Below are positions 39,301 to 51,067 of a stretch of DNA of 64,000 nucleotides, piece by piece. Numbering within the stretch: the first letter of the stretch is position 1; each line of letters starts with the position of its first letter. Source of the stretch: Trichinella spiralis. Taxonomy: Eukaryota. The notes under the pieces are model-generated. The model did no database searches. It was not told where the DNA came from and saw nothing but the letters and a program-made list of their open reading frames with translations. The translations under genes were made by a program, and so were the position numbers. The DNA lies in contig NW_003526944.1 in assembly GCF_000181795.1 (NCBI RefSeq), positions 4,966,055-5,030,054 of the forward strand. The letters run 5' to 3'.

Positions 39301-40460
39301 ATCGCCCAACCAACGGATAGACAAGTGGACACCAGAAGGCGACATGCAGCTTCGTGTTCGGTGGGAATTGAATGCCAATGTGCCGGCCGACATTGTACAA
39401 AGCTATCAAGTGAATCTGGTTGAAAAAACACCATGCCAAAGCATGAAAACCAAACATCCAGCCATACTGCAAGATAGCACCGCTTTCGAGGTGACCATGA
39501 TCATTTACAAAGATATTTTGCAAGAACGATGCGAATTAAATGTGCAAGTATGGTGCTCTTTTATTTTCGTTATCACCATTCGGACAACAAATGGATCTTT
39601 TTCAACAGATCAAAGCTACAGTAAGTACAGGAATCGGAAGTGTGCAAGAATTCCCGTTGATGTTGACCACAACTGCGGACAATTTGAATAATAACAGAAG
39701 TATTTTTGGTAAATGTCCATTTCTAAAACTTCTTCCTGCGCATGTATGCAAATTTAATGTAAATTTTAATGAAAAAATGTCTCACTCACTCAATTCCAAA
39801 ATTTAAACTTCGAATGAGTACAAAAAAAATGCAAACTGCTCCAATGCCCAGAGTGTTGAACTGTTTCAGATTTGCTGTGCTTCAACTGGACTGGAAGTTG
39901 CATAACGTCCGTGGAAAACAGTGTACAACGTGTCAACGTCCATTTGCCTGATCCGAGTGAAGAATTTGAACGCGAAGCGTTGAAGCGTCGGTCAATTCTC
40001 ATCCGCTGGGGCGCGTTGGAACAACTACCACAACAAGGGCACGTTTTTGCCAAATTTCAGCCTCCAGTCCAAAGTCAGCTACTCAATTTGGTCAGTCATC
40101 ATCACAGTTGGATTAGCTATTGAAATTTGAATTTGCATAAAATGCTAATTCTTCTGTTTGCAGAGTGCGACAGAGTTCACATTTGCATTGCCAATGAAAC
40201 GAAACGAAACACGATCATTCGGCTATGAAATTGCACTCGTTTATACCGACACGCTCAGCAGCAGCAGTCGATCAAAAACGGAACCGTCCTGCTCAATCAG
40301 CTTACTCCATAAATGCACATCTCTTGATGCGGATCAACATTCCGCTTACACGAACTCTTACGCTTGCAGAGCGCATCTGTCATTCTTCTCTTCACTCATA
40401 ATCACCACCCTGGCTGTATATATGATCTGCAAATGCTGCTGTTCGCCTTACTTTAACTGA
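36347..40460 (+). CDS. Uncharacterised cell-surface protein: signal peptide, beta-rich FN3-like ectodomain modules, C-terminal hydrophobic anchor; about 10 exons
   Basis: MRGSVQRLLVLVIFTMCPSVET signal; GT-AG joined exons (36347-36656, 37582-37716, 37796-38027, ... 40164-40460); repeated 'hxhxW..P......Y.h' patterns (IKLHWKQP...VYLHLRWG, LRVRWELN...YQV, ILIRWG); ends LSFFSSLIITTLAVYMICKCCCSPYFN. Confidence 0.75.
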
Positions 40461-40571
40461 CAAATAAAAAAATCCCGTTCCAAATTGTTTACTTGGTTGT
40501 TCTTCTCTGCTTCATCAAAAAGAAAACAAAAACAACAAAAACAAATAAATAAACACTTCATTTTGCATCAA

Positions 40572-43500
40572 CTATTTTCGGTAGCAGTAGTAGTGTGCCA
40601 TTGTACCATCGACAAATCTGACGAACGCGCTGTTGCCAATCTTCTTGCCACATGTTGCGCAATAGCTGTCGTAGTTGACGACAACTTTGATACCTTGTAC
40701 CGCTTGACGACGTTCCTCAATCTTGAACAGCAAACACCAGTTTCTTTTAATTTTTAATTTTCATAAAAGCAAAAACACATGCAACAAACAAACAAACAAA
40801 CAAACCCTCGTGTGCTCGGCCGTGTTGAGTGCTTTGCTAATGCTCGCTTTGAATTTGTTGTCCAAAATGTTGACCAACACCGCTTGCAATGCTTCACCCA
40901 AATCTGCCATCGGTATGTCTGTCGGAAGCGCTTCCAAAGCCTAGACGTGAAAATTACAAATTCTACTTTGAACAGTGATTATTACTTTCCGTGGATCCAT
41001 GAAACCACAATATTCAGTAAGAACGCGCAAAGCCAGAGGTACATTTGCTGGAGGTGCTGGCACTGATGCGTATCCAATTCCAAGTATACTGTTGTCCGGA
41101 GGGCAAGCGTAATATTGGAACAAAGTGAGAAAAAGCGTCGATCCCGGTTGATAATACTGATGACAGTATTGTTCAGCTTTTTCAAAATCTCCCAACATAT
41201 TCGCGTAGATCGCCAAAACTTGCTCATGGCGACCAAGCTTTTCAAATATCAAAGCCCTTGCTTCATGCATTTCTGTGAGTATGGAAAATGTAGAAACAAA
41301 ATACATAAAAAAGCAACGCATCTCATGCCATGATTTTGAACTTAAAAATATTAAAATTACCATTGAAAGGTAACTGAACAAGAAGCATTTCAGGATTATA
41401 AAAATTGGACCGCTTCAAGAAGGCAAGTAACGTGTTCTCATAATGAACAAGATTCGGTGGTCGGCAATCTCGAACTCTGCCTATTTTGTGAAAATTTGAC
41501 ACTGTGACAATAGCATCAACGTGGAATCAATTGACCAAAAATTGAAACAAACCTTCGGGAACTTCGCTGTTGTAAATTGCATACATCCCTTTCACCATTT
41601 TCACGTACAATTTGGCCAATGTACAGTGCAATTTTTCACTGTCATCATGCCAATTACCAATTACATGTTCCTGTAAAAATTTCAAATGCAACCAATTCGA
41701 AAACAAATTCGTCAAATGCCTTCTAATAATGCTTACCAAATAAGTAACAGCCTGCTCGGGACACTCTCGTTGAATAAATTCCAAAACTCTATGCCTATCC
41801 AATGATCTAACTGCTTCTGAATCTTCCGTAAAAATCTGCAACAATTACTTCAATGTACTCCATTAAGAAAGAAAAAAAAGACAAAAACAAAAAATATATT
41901 ATTTCGTATGATCACTTTTATACATAAATCGGCATTTTTATCCGATATCCATTTGGCATATTCGAGAATCAAATCGAAATGCTGCATTCCCAAATCTTGA
42001 AGATAATTGACCGCACGATCAAGACAATCAGGCAGCGTGCCTTCGTCAGCTTGCTCTTTCAACAATTCCAGTGCTGCAATGAAAAAAACAAAAATTAAAA
42101 AAATCTTTCAATTTATAATATAATGTAAAACAACAAATCAGCCTACCCTGACGATGCATCGATTTTCTCTCATAAAGCAAAAACAGTTCGCTGTACTTGT
42201 GATGCTTTTTAAGCAAGTTTTCACTTTCAACAACATTACAACTATTGTCAGGCAAACGTAACAACGATGAGATGAGCATATCGTTATTCTGAAATTTACA
42301 CGAAATTATAAATTAATCACATACATATTTTCAAATAATAAATTCATCAACCACTAAATAACATTGCAGTAATGTCGTATCGACAATTTCTAAAAGATTT
42401 TTCATCTGCTTAATTTCTTCATTAGTGGTCGGCTTGAACGCATCGTCGCCAACTTGCGTAGCCAATCCACGCTTTAATTTATTTTGCATATCCAAATTTC
42501 TTGCAATATTCGTTCGTATCTATAACAATTTATATATTGAAGAGAAAGCGATTTTTTCTGTTTCCATTCATTTTTCTCCACAAAATGTTTATACTTCAGA
42601 CAAATAGGCAGTAAGCGCTGAAATACCAGCTTGCATGTCACTGTTCGGCAAATCGGTTGGCAAATTGCCCGGATAAGTTATTGTTTTGCGAATTTCTTCC
42701 GGCAACAGATCCGGAAACAATCCGATCACGTACAAAACTTCTTAAAAGTTTTACAATAAAATTTGATTATAACAAATTATGAAAAATTATAAAAACATAT
42801 CAACTACCAGCTCGAGTTTCGCTGTAGATGTCGAACGCTTCTTGAAATCGACGCTGAGTGAATAAATGGAATGCGTACAGATTTTTCACATCACGAATTC
42901 GCTTTTCCCTTTCTATACCACGATCGTTTATCATCGATTCGGCCACTTGAACGGCAAGTTCATATTTTTTCTCCTTTATCAGATATTGCAAATTTATTTT
43001 CGCATTTTCACATCCATTAAGGCAGTATAAATCTGACTGATTTGAAGCAGGATTGGACAATACATACAAACAACCCCTGTTAAGAAATTACAATTTATTT
43101 CTCAACTTGAAATTTATTACTATTCCTATTCGTATTTGTAATTATATTTAAATTTTTGCATAAATACACTACTTAAATTACCTGAATGACCACGTGATCA
43201 ATTTCAGTTTCGTCATATCAATTACTTGTATTAGCATGCTGGGCTTTACTGATCGTATTTCAATTGACTTTGATAACGAAGCTAACAAATAAACGCGATC
43301 GTATTCTGCAATACAAAGAAATATTTCTTTCACTAGTAAATAATTTAAAAAGAATAAAAAATAATTCCATTTACCAATAAAAGAAGGTATCTCTGACCAG
43401 TGAATATTTTCGTAACCGTCATTCAATGCCAATGAACCGTCATCATGTAAAAAGAACGTTTCATCCCCACGTTTGACGGCAAAAATACGCCTATTCCAAA

Positions 43501-44612
43501 GTACGCTAATCATTGGCTCACTGTTTTTGCTAGTGCTGCTAATTGTAAATAATGATCGCACTGTGCCAGAAGTTACACCCTGACAAACATTTAAAAAATT
43601 AATACATATGAAAATATTTTATTGCACTACATTGGATCATAATAATAAAACACACCGCTTTATCACCGTTTAAAGTTATGTGAAAATATTCATCTCTCAC
43701 CACGGCGACCATATACGAATCTAACAATGCCACATGACGAATCGTATCAGCAAAAGCAACCTCAGGCTAAAACAAAATCACCTCTAATGGTACGTTTTGT
43801 TTTTCAAACTATCCTTTCAGTAGATCTTGCATATTTGTAAAATGTTAACATGATTATAATATTATTAACAGCAAAATAGATTCTTACCAAAACAGAAAAT
43901 TCGACAAATTCGGTTCCTTTCAGCGTATACAGTTGACATCTCCGACGTACAACGACAACTAGCAGAACACTTCCCCCTTCATCAAAACAATGTTCAGTGC
44001 CGTTGCATTCCTGAAAATGAAAAAAAAACAATAACTTGAACAATTCAGCTTATCATTTTAAAATACAATTTACATACCGCTTGATAAAGGCAAGTCGTAA
44101 AAAAAGTGGCATTTTTACTTTTTGGCACAACACTTATAACCGGAAATGTAGCCTGAGTTAAATCATGCACTTGAACAAGATTATCTGAAAATTATGTAAT
44201 TATTTTTAATTTCTGTTTAAAGAAATAAATATACCAGTAAGGGAAAGCAAAAGATTTTTCATAGGCAGACTTTTCAGTTGAACAACTGGTTTTTTCGAAA
44301 ATGTTTTGCAAACTTGAAAATCATATTCTGCTAAATTAGCTGAATCTGAAATTTATGTGATTTCATGAAGACAGAAAATGCACAACATTATGAACACTTA
44401 CCGTGGTGACTAGTAGTTAAGCTCTTGCGAGCTGAGTAACGAAGAAGGAAACCACTTTTGGTACCTGCTAATACGCAGTGTTCTGCAATTGTTAAAGGAA
44501 AGATTCGATTATTGAAAACTGTTGCAAAAATATAATTACTGTGACTAGTCAACGAATCCACAGTCAAAGGAAGTTTTTGGGCAACTGGAATTACAGAATA
44601 AGCTTCAAACAT
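40572..44612 (-). CDS. VPS39: Vam6/VPS39-like HOPS subunit (CNH, clathrin-repeat-like, Vps39_2 zinc finger); many exons
   Basis: MFEAYSVIPV, LAGTKSGFLLRY, KKYELAVQVA, YAFHLFTQRRFQEAF, VDTTLLQCYL, SLLRLPDNSCNVVESENLLKKHHKYSELFLLY, IFTED, EKLGRHEQVLAIY, CATCGKKIGNSAFVRF. Confidence 0.95.
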
Positions 44613-45456
44613 CTTTGATAAGTTTTAAACGTTTCAATAATGAAGAATGAAACCGAAAACCTCTCTTCATAAAGAAGAAGTTTCATAAAAATAAAAATCT
44701 ACTAAAATTTGGAGTGAGTTTTTACATCGAATACTTTAAATGCATTTTGTATCGTGTGGTCAAACAACAGTACAGAACAGTGCAACTAGTTATCGGGAGC
44801 TGAAGAAAAAAATATTTACAGTAATCTCTTTATGCAGGTAAAAATACAAATGAACAATTGATTTATTCAATAACGAGAATAAAATGAGAACATTCAAATC
44901 ACTCTCAAATAATTATATTGCAATTTTTATCATTTTATAGATTGCTACTTAGAAGTTGGTGATAAACTTTAACGTTAAGAAGTAAATATTTTAAAAATAT
45001 ATTTTGTGAATAAATTTGTTTGTAATATTTCTTTTCGTCAAAAAAACTTTTCGTACTGCAATGCAATTCTTATTTATACTATTCTTACAGTACACATACT
45101 CATTACTGTATAAACATTTTATACGTATAATGAACTTTTTTTCTCTAAAATCAAAATATGCTTTTAAGAGAATTCGCATTTCCGTCAATGTTACAGAAGT
45201 ACGTTAGTGCAGTACAGTACGTAGGAAGAAAAATTTTAAATCACTTAAAATTATACATAATTATCGAATTTATAACAATTATATGTATGTATGACTGTAT
45301 GATCAAAATAATAAATAGCAATAAAAGAATCAAAATCAGCATAACAATTTCAATCAAATATCAATGAAAACAAACAAAAAATAGCAATTTCCATAAATAT
45401 ACTGAACCGGGAACAAGTGAAAGAATAAATAATACTTTGTTTGCGCTATTCACATA

Positions 45457-46335
45457 TCAGAAAATCTTCGACTTCACAGAAATATGCCATATATTAAATG
45501 TATAACAAAACCAAATGATGAATATGTCTCGTCCCATTTGAAAAGCAGCTAACAGTGGTCTTAGCTTGGAGCCTTCAATTTCTGTCCAGCAGACTGAAAC
45601 TTCCTTTAAAGCAATATTAAGCTTTTCCGCTAAGAAAAGCAATTCAACATCGAATGCCCAACCTTCCATGTGCATCTGCGGAAACAGTGTCGCCGCTGCA
45701 TCGCGTGTAAACAATTTGAAGCCACACTGTGTATCGCGTACAGTTCTAACGCAAAACAGCCAAACCCACAAGTGAAAACCATACATCAATAATGTACGTA
45801 AAACAGATCGTTTTACAACTGATTCTTCCTTAAGATGAGCTCGTGATCCAACGGCCAGAGCTTTCGACGTGCCCAAGCTTTGGCAAAGTTCTTCCATGGC
45901 CGTTTCGACTATAGTAAAATCGGAAAACCGTGTAGCGCCATCGGCGTCGGCGAACAAAATTTTCTCACCACGAGCACACAAAACTCCAAGCCTTACTGCG
46001 CCACCTTTTCCACGGTTGTGCCTCAATTTCAACAATCGAACAATCTGAACTGTATATTTTTGACTGTAGTTTAGTGTAACTTCCGCAGTGCGATCACTGC
46101 TTCCGTCATCGACAACAATAATTTCATACGTAAATTTGGGATCTTTCACGCTTCTTGTGTGCAAATAATCAATGCATTGATCCAACATTTTGGGTAGGCG
46201 CTTTTCTTCATCTTTGGCTGGAATAATAACTGACAAATATACAGACGGCTCATCATCTATGGATGGGCATTTCAATTTTTTCTTCACATCCGACGGGTCT
46301 ATGAAGAAGTTTTCTTCTTCATATCGTACATACAT
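45457..46335 (-). CDS. ALG5: Dolichyl-phosphate beta-glucosyltransferase (GT2), intronless CDS
   Basis: LSVIIPAKDEEKRLP, YEIIVVDDGSSD, NRGKGGAVRLG, ILFADADGATRF, GSRAHL, DTQCGFKLFTR, WAFDVELL, WTEIEGSKL. Confidence 0.97.
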   Translation of the reverse strand: MYVRYEEENFFIDPSDVKKKLKCPSIDDEPSVYLSVIIPAKDEEKRLPKMLDQCIDYLHTRSVKDPKFTYEIIVVDDGSSDRTAEVTLNYSQKYTVQIVRLLKLRHNRGKGGAVRLGVLCARGEKILFADADGATRFSDFTIVETAMEELCQSLGTSKALAVGSRAHLKEESVVKRSVLRTLLMYGFHLWVWLFCVRTVRDTQCGFKLFTRDAAATLFPQMHMEGWAFDVELLFLAEKLNIALKEVSVCWTEIEGSKLRPLLAAFQMGRDIFIIWFCYTFNIWHISVKSKIF

Positions 46336-47011
46336 CTTCGAACAACAACATACAGTTCAACAAAATTCACGACCACGTAGCTTTACTTGATTTTTTTTAT
46401 CTTACAGTAATCAATGTAATTTGTTTGTTTTGCAAATGTAACAGATATGTTAAATTATCCGAAATAAGTGATCAGTGAGCGAATAAATTTCGAATAATAG
46501 AAATTCAATTATTTAAAATGTTTTTGAAACTAGAAATGAAAAATAAAAATCTGAAAAATTGGTACTTTTGATATTCAACCGATTTCTTTAAATAATATTT
46601 TTATAATGCCAAAAAGTTCTAAGCATTAAATAAATAAATGTGTATTTATATGTTGAAGTTGAAATTTTGAATCGCTTTATAAGCACCAAAATTTGTTTCT
46701 TCATGTTGACAATTATTAGCCAAAAGTTGTTTTTAGAACCACCCTCCACAACCGCAAGTTTTTCAATTAAATAATAGTATAAATTTTCATTTATTGTAAA
46801 TTTAATTATCAGTTATTAATAAAACACGTAATGGTAAGTGAATTTAACAAAAAATTGTTCAAACGAATTAAAATTAATCTAAATTTGTAGAAGGAAATGT
46901 TAATAAAGTTAAATTATTTGGTACCGTCCAAAGAATTAAATAAATGTTTTTCGTTTTAATAGTGTGCATGTAAAGCATTGAAATTGAAAAACAGTTGACA
47001 AATGAAAAAAA

Positions 47012-48712
47012 TTAACAATCGCTGAACAACTCGCGAGGCTGAAGTCGACCATGTAATAGTTGCTGATGTTTGATAGATATCCTTGCCCTAGGCGAGTCGA
47101 CAGGTGGCCAGTGGGACATAACTTCCACTGTATATTTGGAAACTTTCTGATGCCAAGCCATTACAGCTGGGAATGATTCCAGTGAAATATCACATTCACT
47201 AATTGCCGTATAAACGTCAAAATCCGTTTTGGTCGGATTTTCACCGTGTATGAAACCAACCGCTGGCGTGTCGTCAGCAAAATAGAAAACTGAATCATCT
47301 TCATCTTCATCGCTATCGTCGCAAGTGAAATATTCTTCTTCTTCACTGTCCAAATTGAGCATTGATATGCTTTGAAAACGTTCACAAACAAAATTCACAA
47401 GCTGGGTTTCTTTCTCATCACGATATTCAATTGAGGCACTGGTTAAATCACTTTGAAAAGAAAAATCCTCCTCGACAGTCAATTTTCCGACAGTCGATGC
47501 CATCAGATAGTCGTTGAACAGTGTCAAACCTTTTTCCGACCTCAAATCACAGTATTCTTTCAAAAAATCCCAATATTCAACCCACTGAACGCCGACAGTA
47601 TCGGCCAAATGGCGTCCAATGCGTTCCATACCCTTTTCGGAATCGATACAACGCAAGCGTACTTGCAAAAGAACTTCCAACGGACTTGAGAATCCCTTAG
47701 CCGAAGGTCTGTTCCTCCACTGCTGGTAAATATGCTCGGCCTCGGTATGCTTCATTGGACCGGCAGCGGCGGTGAGCTTCAACTCGGCTAATCCAACTGG
47801 ATCCGTTTCGTCGACGATCCGCTGCAAAGGTACATTTGCCATCGGCGACTGAAGAATGGCAAGACCATGCTCCTGCCTGTACAAGGCAACGTAATAAAGC
47901 TTTTCCACAAGCATCTGACAAATTTCTTCACGTAGTTGCGGATTTTCATCCTTCAATCCGGTGCAAGCTATTTGCCAAGCAGTTTCACCATGCACAGTCA
48001 ACGCGTCACGGTCGCATTGTTCATAGCTGATCAAAACACGCACCACTTCCAAATGGCCGTATTTTGAGGCAAAATGCAACGGCGTGGCATTCATCACTTT
48101 GTCAGGCATGTTCAAGAAAAGATCAAAAAGAAAACTACGTCGATTTTCTAGTGTCGATTCCAAATCGTCTGGAAAAAGACGCTTCAAATAATTAGCATCT
48201 TCAAACAGGGACAACACAAACCGACAAACACGGACACAGCCAACTCTGGCCGCAATGTGCATTGCGTTGTAACGACAACCGTGGTAAAGTATGGACGGCG
48301 TGTCGCCGCTGCAGTTGATCAAATAACGAGGATTGGACAAAACCTTTTTATGGAAAGCGTCGAACTCACCCTTCTCGATATGCCTCTTCAGGGCGTTCAG
48401 CTCTGTGGAAGAAATCCTAGAGAACGGTACTGAAGATTCCTCGCCAATTGGCATGCTGGAATTGGTTGGGGTAAGCAAGTTCGTGTCACCATCTTCGGCA
48501 AAACGACACGCTTCTTCGTAATGATTAAATCGTTTGAAGCGCGCTTTTTGAGCGCAGTGCGCTTTCACTGCTTTGGTAGCATCTTCCAAAGATACAAAAA
48601 CACCACCTTGCCAGTCACCAGACAAATATAACACGTCTGAAAATGAATCAGACTGCACCGACTCGTCACGTCGATCAGTTGCAGGCACGTGAACAGCGTA
48701 GAAAACATTCAT
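47012..48712 (-). CDS. ANKLE2: ANKLE2/LEM-4L-like ankyrin-repeat protein (Caulimovirus-VI/RNase H1-N-like domain, ankyrin repeats, C-terminal conserved block); intronless, 566 aa
   Basis: FYAV...GVF...ARFKRF...EEA..FA; SNPRYLINCSGDTPSILYHGCRYNAMH; LFLNMPDK..NATPLHFASKYG; DSEKGMERIGR; WVEYWDFL...CDL; GENPTKTDFDV. Confidence 0.9.
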   Translation of the reverse strand: MNVFYAVHVPATDRRDESVQSDSFSDVLYLSGDWQGGVFVSLEDATKAVKAHCAQKARFKRFNHYEEACRFAEDGDTNLLTPTNSSMPIGEESSVPFSRISSTELNALKRHIEKGEFDAFHKKVLSNPRYLINCSGDTPSILYHGCRYNAMHIAARVGCVRVCRFVLSLFEDANYLKRLFPDDLESTLENRRSFLFDLFLNMPDKVMNATPLHFASKYGHLEVVRVLISYEQCDRDALTVHGETAWQIACTGLKDENPQLREEICQMLVEKLYYVALYRQEHGLAILQSPMANVPLQRIVDETDPVGLAELKLTAAAGPMKHTEAEHIYQQWRNRPSAKGFSSPLEVLLQVRLRCIDSEKGMERIGRHLADTVGVQWVEYWDFLKEYCDLRSEKGLTLFNDYLMASTVGKLTVEEDFSFQSDLTSASIEYRDEKETQLVNFVCERFQSISMLNLDSEEEEYFTCDDSDEDEDDSVFYFADDTPAVGFIHGENPTKTDFDVYTAISECDISLESFPAVMAWHQKVSKYTVEVMSHWPPVDSPRARISIKHQQLLHGRLQPRELFSDC

Positions 48713-48795
48713 TTTTTCCTTTTTTCAATATATTAATTAAAAACAAATCACCAAATCAGCAGCGACCAAGTGAACAACCGATCAAAGAAACAGAA

Positions 48796-50080
48796 TCAAC
48801 GGCGAATCAAATAATACATGATCAAAAATACCGTAAAGGCGAATAATATCAAATAACATAAAAATCGATTACTTCCAGATCGGCTAATGATTCCAAGTCG
48901 GCGCATTGTAGATTCAAGTACATTCCGATTCGCTTCAAAATGATCATCAAGATTACTCAAATCTTTATTCTGACGACGCACTTCATCACCAATATCAATT
49001 GTCAACTAAAAATTAAACAACAGCAAAAAGTAATTCCCACCGATAACCACTGGTATTCAGAATATTTCAAAAAATTGAAAAAAAACAAACAATCCCTTCT
49101 GTAGGTATCAACTACAATAAACAAAAAGCGGCAAACATACTGTATCAATAACAAAAAAGTAGGTTAAATTTACAAAACATGTTACAGTGCAAAAATTTAT
49201 TTCCAATATCATAATCATAATTAAATACATTTTTCTTAAATTATTAATTTCCCCATTAAAATTCTTGATTACCTTAACAACACAGAAATAAACACAATCT
49301 ATAGACGCCTTGTATGAACACTAATGTGGATAACCTAACATACAGTGCTCACTTCTGCATTATGCCAATGACATAATGACATAATATACAATACGTAAAC
49401 AAATGATATTACTGAGCTTCCAAAGCAATGTATTTGATGATTTTTTCATTGTTCCTGATTTGCTTTTAAATGAAAAAATATACTTATCCTATGATCGATG
49501 ATTTCTAATTGAATAATAATGAACAACTACATACTATAATTTGTATTTAACTTACTATTTATAAAAATGAAATTTACGTTAATTTCGTGTCATAATCCAA
49601 TATACAACATAACCGTTGCATTCAACTGCTCAAGTTACGTTAATATTTATAACTATAAAAATACTTCAATTATTCTGCAAGACAAAAACTGTTTAGCACT
49701 GAATAATCAATAATAAAATACTAAAAATCAAATTAAACAAATAATTCTCGCTCAATTAAAAGTACCTTCTTATCCTTTTCCCTAAGTTCTCAAACAAAAA
49801 TCTTGTATGGAAATGCTATTCTACTATTTCACAGAAGATGTAAATATTATATGCAATACATAAAATTACATTAAGAATTAACATATATTTAAGACGTGTT
49901 CATACTTACAGTCTTCAACTTGGACACTTTGTTCTTTAATTGGTCTACCAGTTGATCATTATCGCTTTCTAAATAAGTTTTCGACATATTCACGTTAGTA
50001 TGCTGGAAGCCTAAAAAAAGAATATTACGTCACTGCAAACAAAAATTATAATATTCACTTCTTCCACCTGGCCTTTGCAT
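48796..50080 (-). CDS. BET1: BET1-type Golgi Qc-SNARE (exons ~50080-50059, 50010-49910, 49005-48796)
   Basis: YLESDNDQLVDQLKNKVSKLKT|LTIDIGDEVRRQNKDLSNLDDHF...TMRRLG; C-terminal TM LCYLILFAFTVFLIMYYLI. Confidence 0.92.
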
Positions 50081-50674
50081 TTGAAAATTAGAACTGAAAC
50101 AACCACTCAAATGATAATAATCAAAAATCTAAAAGAAAATTAATATTACCGGCAACCAGTATGATATGACGCAATTCAAACTGTTGTTTGCGAATACTGT
50201 ATATAACTATATGCAAGACTTATTTTCTAAAAAGAATACAATTCTACATGAAGCAATAACAAAAGTTGCTTATTAAAGTCACAGATTAATTGATTGTGAC
50301 AAAGCATTAAAGATATATTGTCTCAAAGTTCAAAAGCTGAAAATAAAGTTATTTATATTGGGTTGCGCGTCTGATTATGCATGTAACGACAAAAACTTAA
50401 AATACATTTTTGAAAAGATGTTTCATTACTCAGCGGAAATGTAGCAGCACTCGAATTTTTTATTCCACTGACATAAGACAACGCTTAAAATGGAAGATTT
50501 TAACGACAGCTTAAACAAGCAAACGTTTTAGCTTTTGCAGTGTTTCATGGATTTTACTCTGATTAATAAATAAATGGATTTTTTGCATGCTTCAACATTG
50601 AGTATTAAAGCTTACTACTAAATACTGAATACTTTCTTATATGTGATTGCGATGAAAAACGTTTGCAATTGTTT

Positions 50675-50748
50675 TGGCTTCAGCGAGAGTCGAACTCGCG
50701 ACCTCCAGTTTACTAGACTGGCGCTCTAACCAACTGAGCTATGAAGCC
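50675..50748 (-). tRNA. tRNA-Thr(AGT)
   Basis: Minus strand GGCTTCATAGCTCAGTTGGTTAGAGCGCCAGTCTAGTAAACTGGAGGTCGCGAGTTCGACTCTCGCTGAAGCCA: acceptor stem GGCTTCA/TGAAGCC, D arm, anticodon stem CCAGT/ACTGG with loop CTAGTAA, GTTCGA T-loop. Confidence 0.97.
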
Positions 50749-51067
50749 TTGGTGCCATTTTTGGATTAAAAGTTTTTGAACGTGTAAATTTGATAATTGT
50801 ACACTGCAATCATTTGCTAATAAACATATTATATAACATTTATTGAAAAAATTTTAGATAAATCTAAAAATAATTTTTATCCAATAAGAACGAGAGTTTA
50901 GCTCATCAAATTCGTCCATTAGCATTAGTATTATGCATAGGCTTTAATGCATTAAGCAACGTATACATATATGCTCGTTTTTCGTTTTTCAGAGCTATTA
51001 CATAGTTTAAATTAAAAAATTTTCTTTCAGTTCACAAAATAACATTTTCCAAACAACGTAAATAGTT

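Noticed and set aside
49398..49465. C/D-box-like motifs (ATGATA, CTGA, TGATGA, CTGA) in the long BET1 intron
   Set aside because: Antisense to the host gene, imperfect C box and very short guide regions
48637..49910. BET1-ANKLE2 fusion by readthrough or splicing to the internal TTTTCAG at 48637
   Set aside because: The 83-nt gap is out of frame; the BET1 exon-2 donor is phase 0 while that acceptor is phase 1, and using it would cut the first ANKLE2 domain
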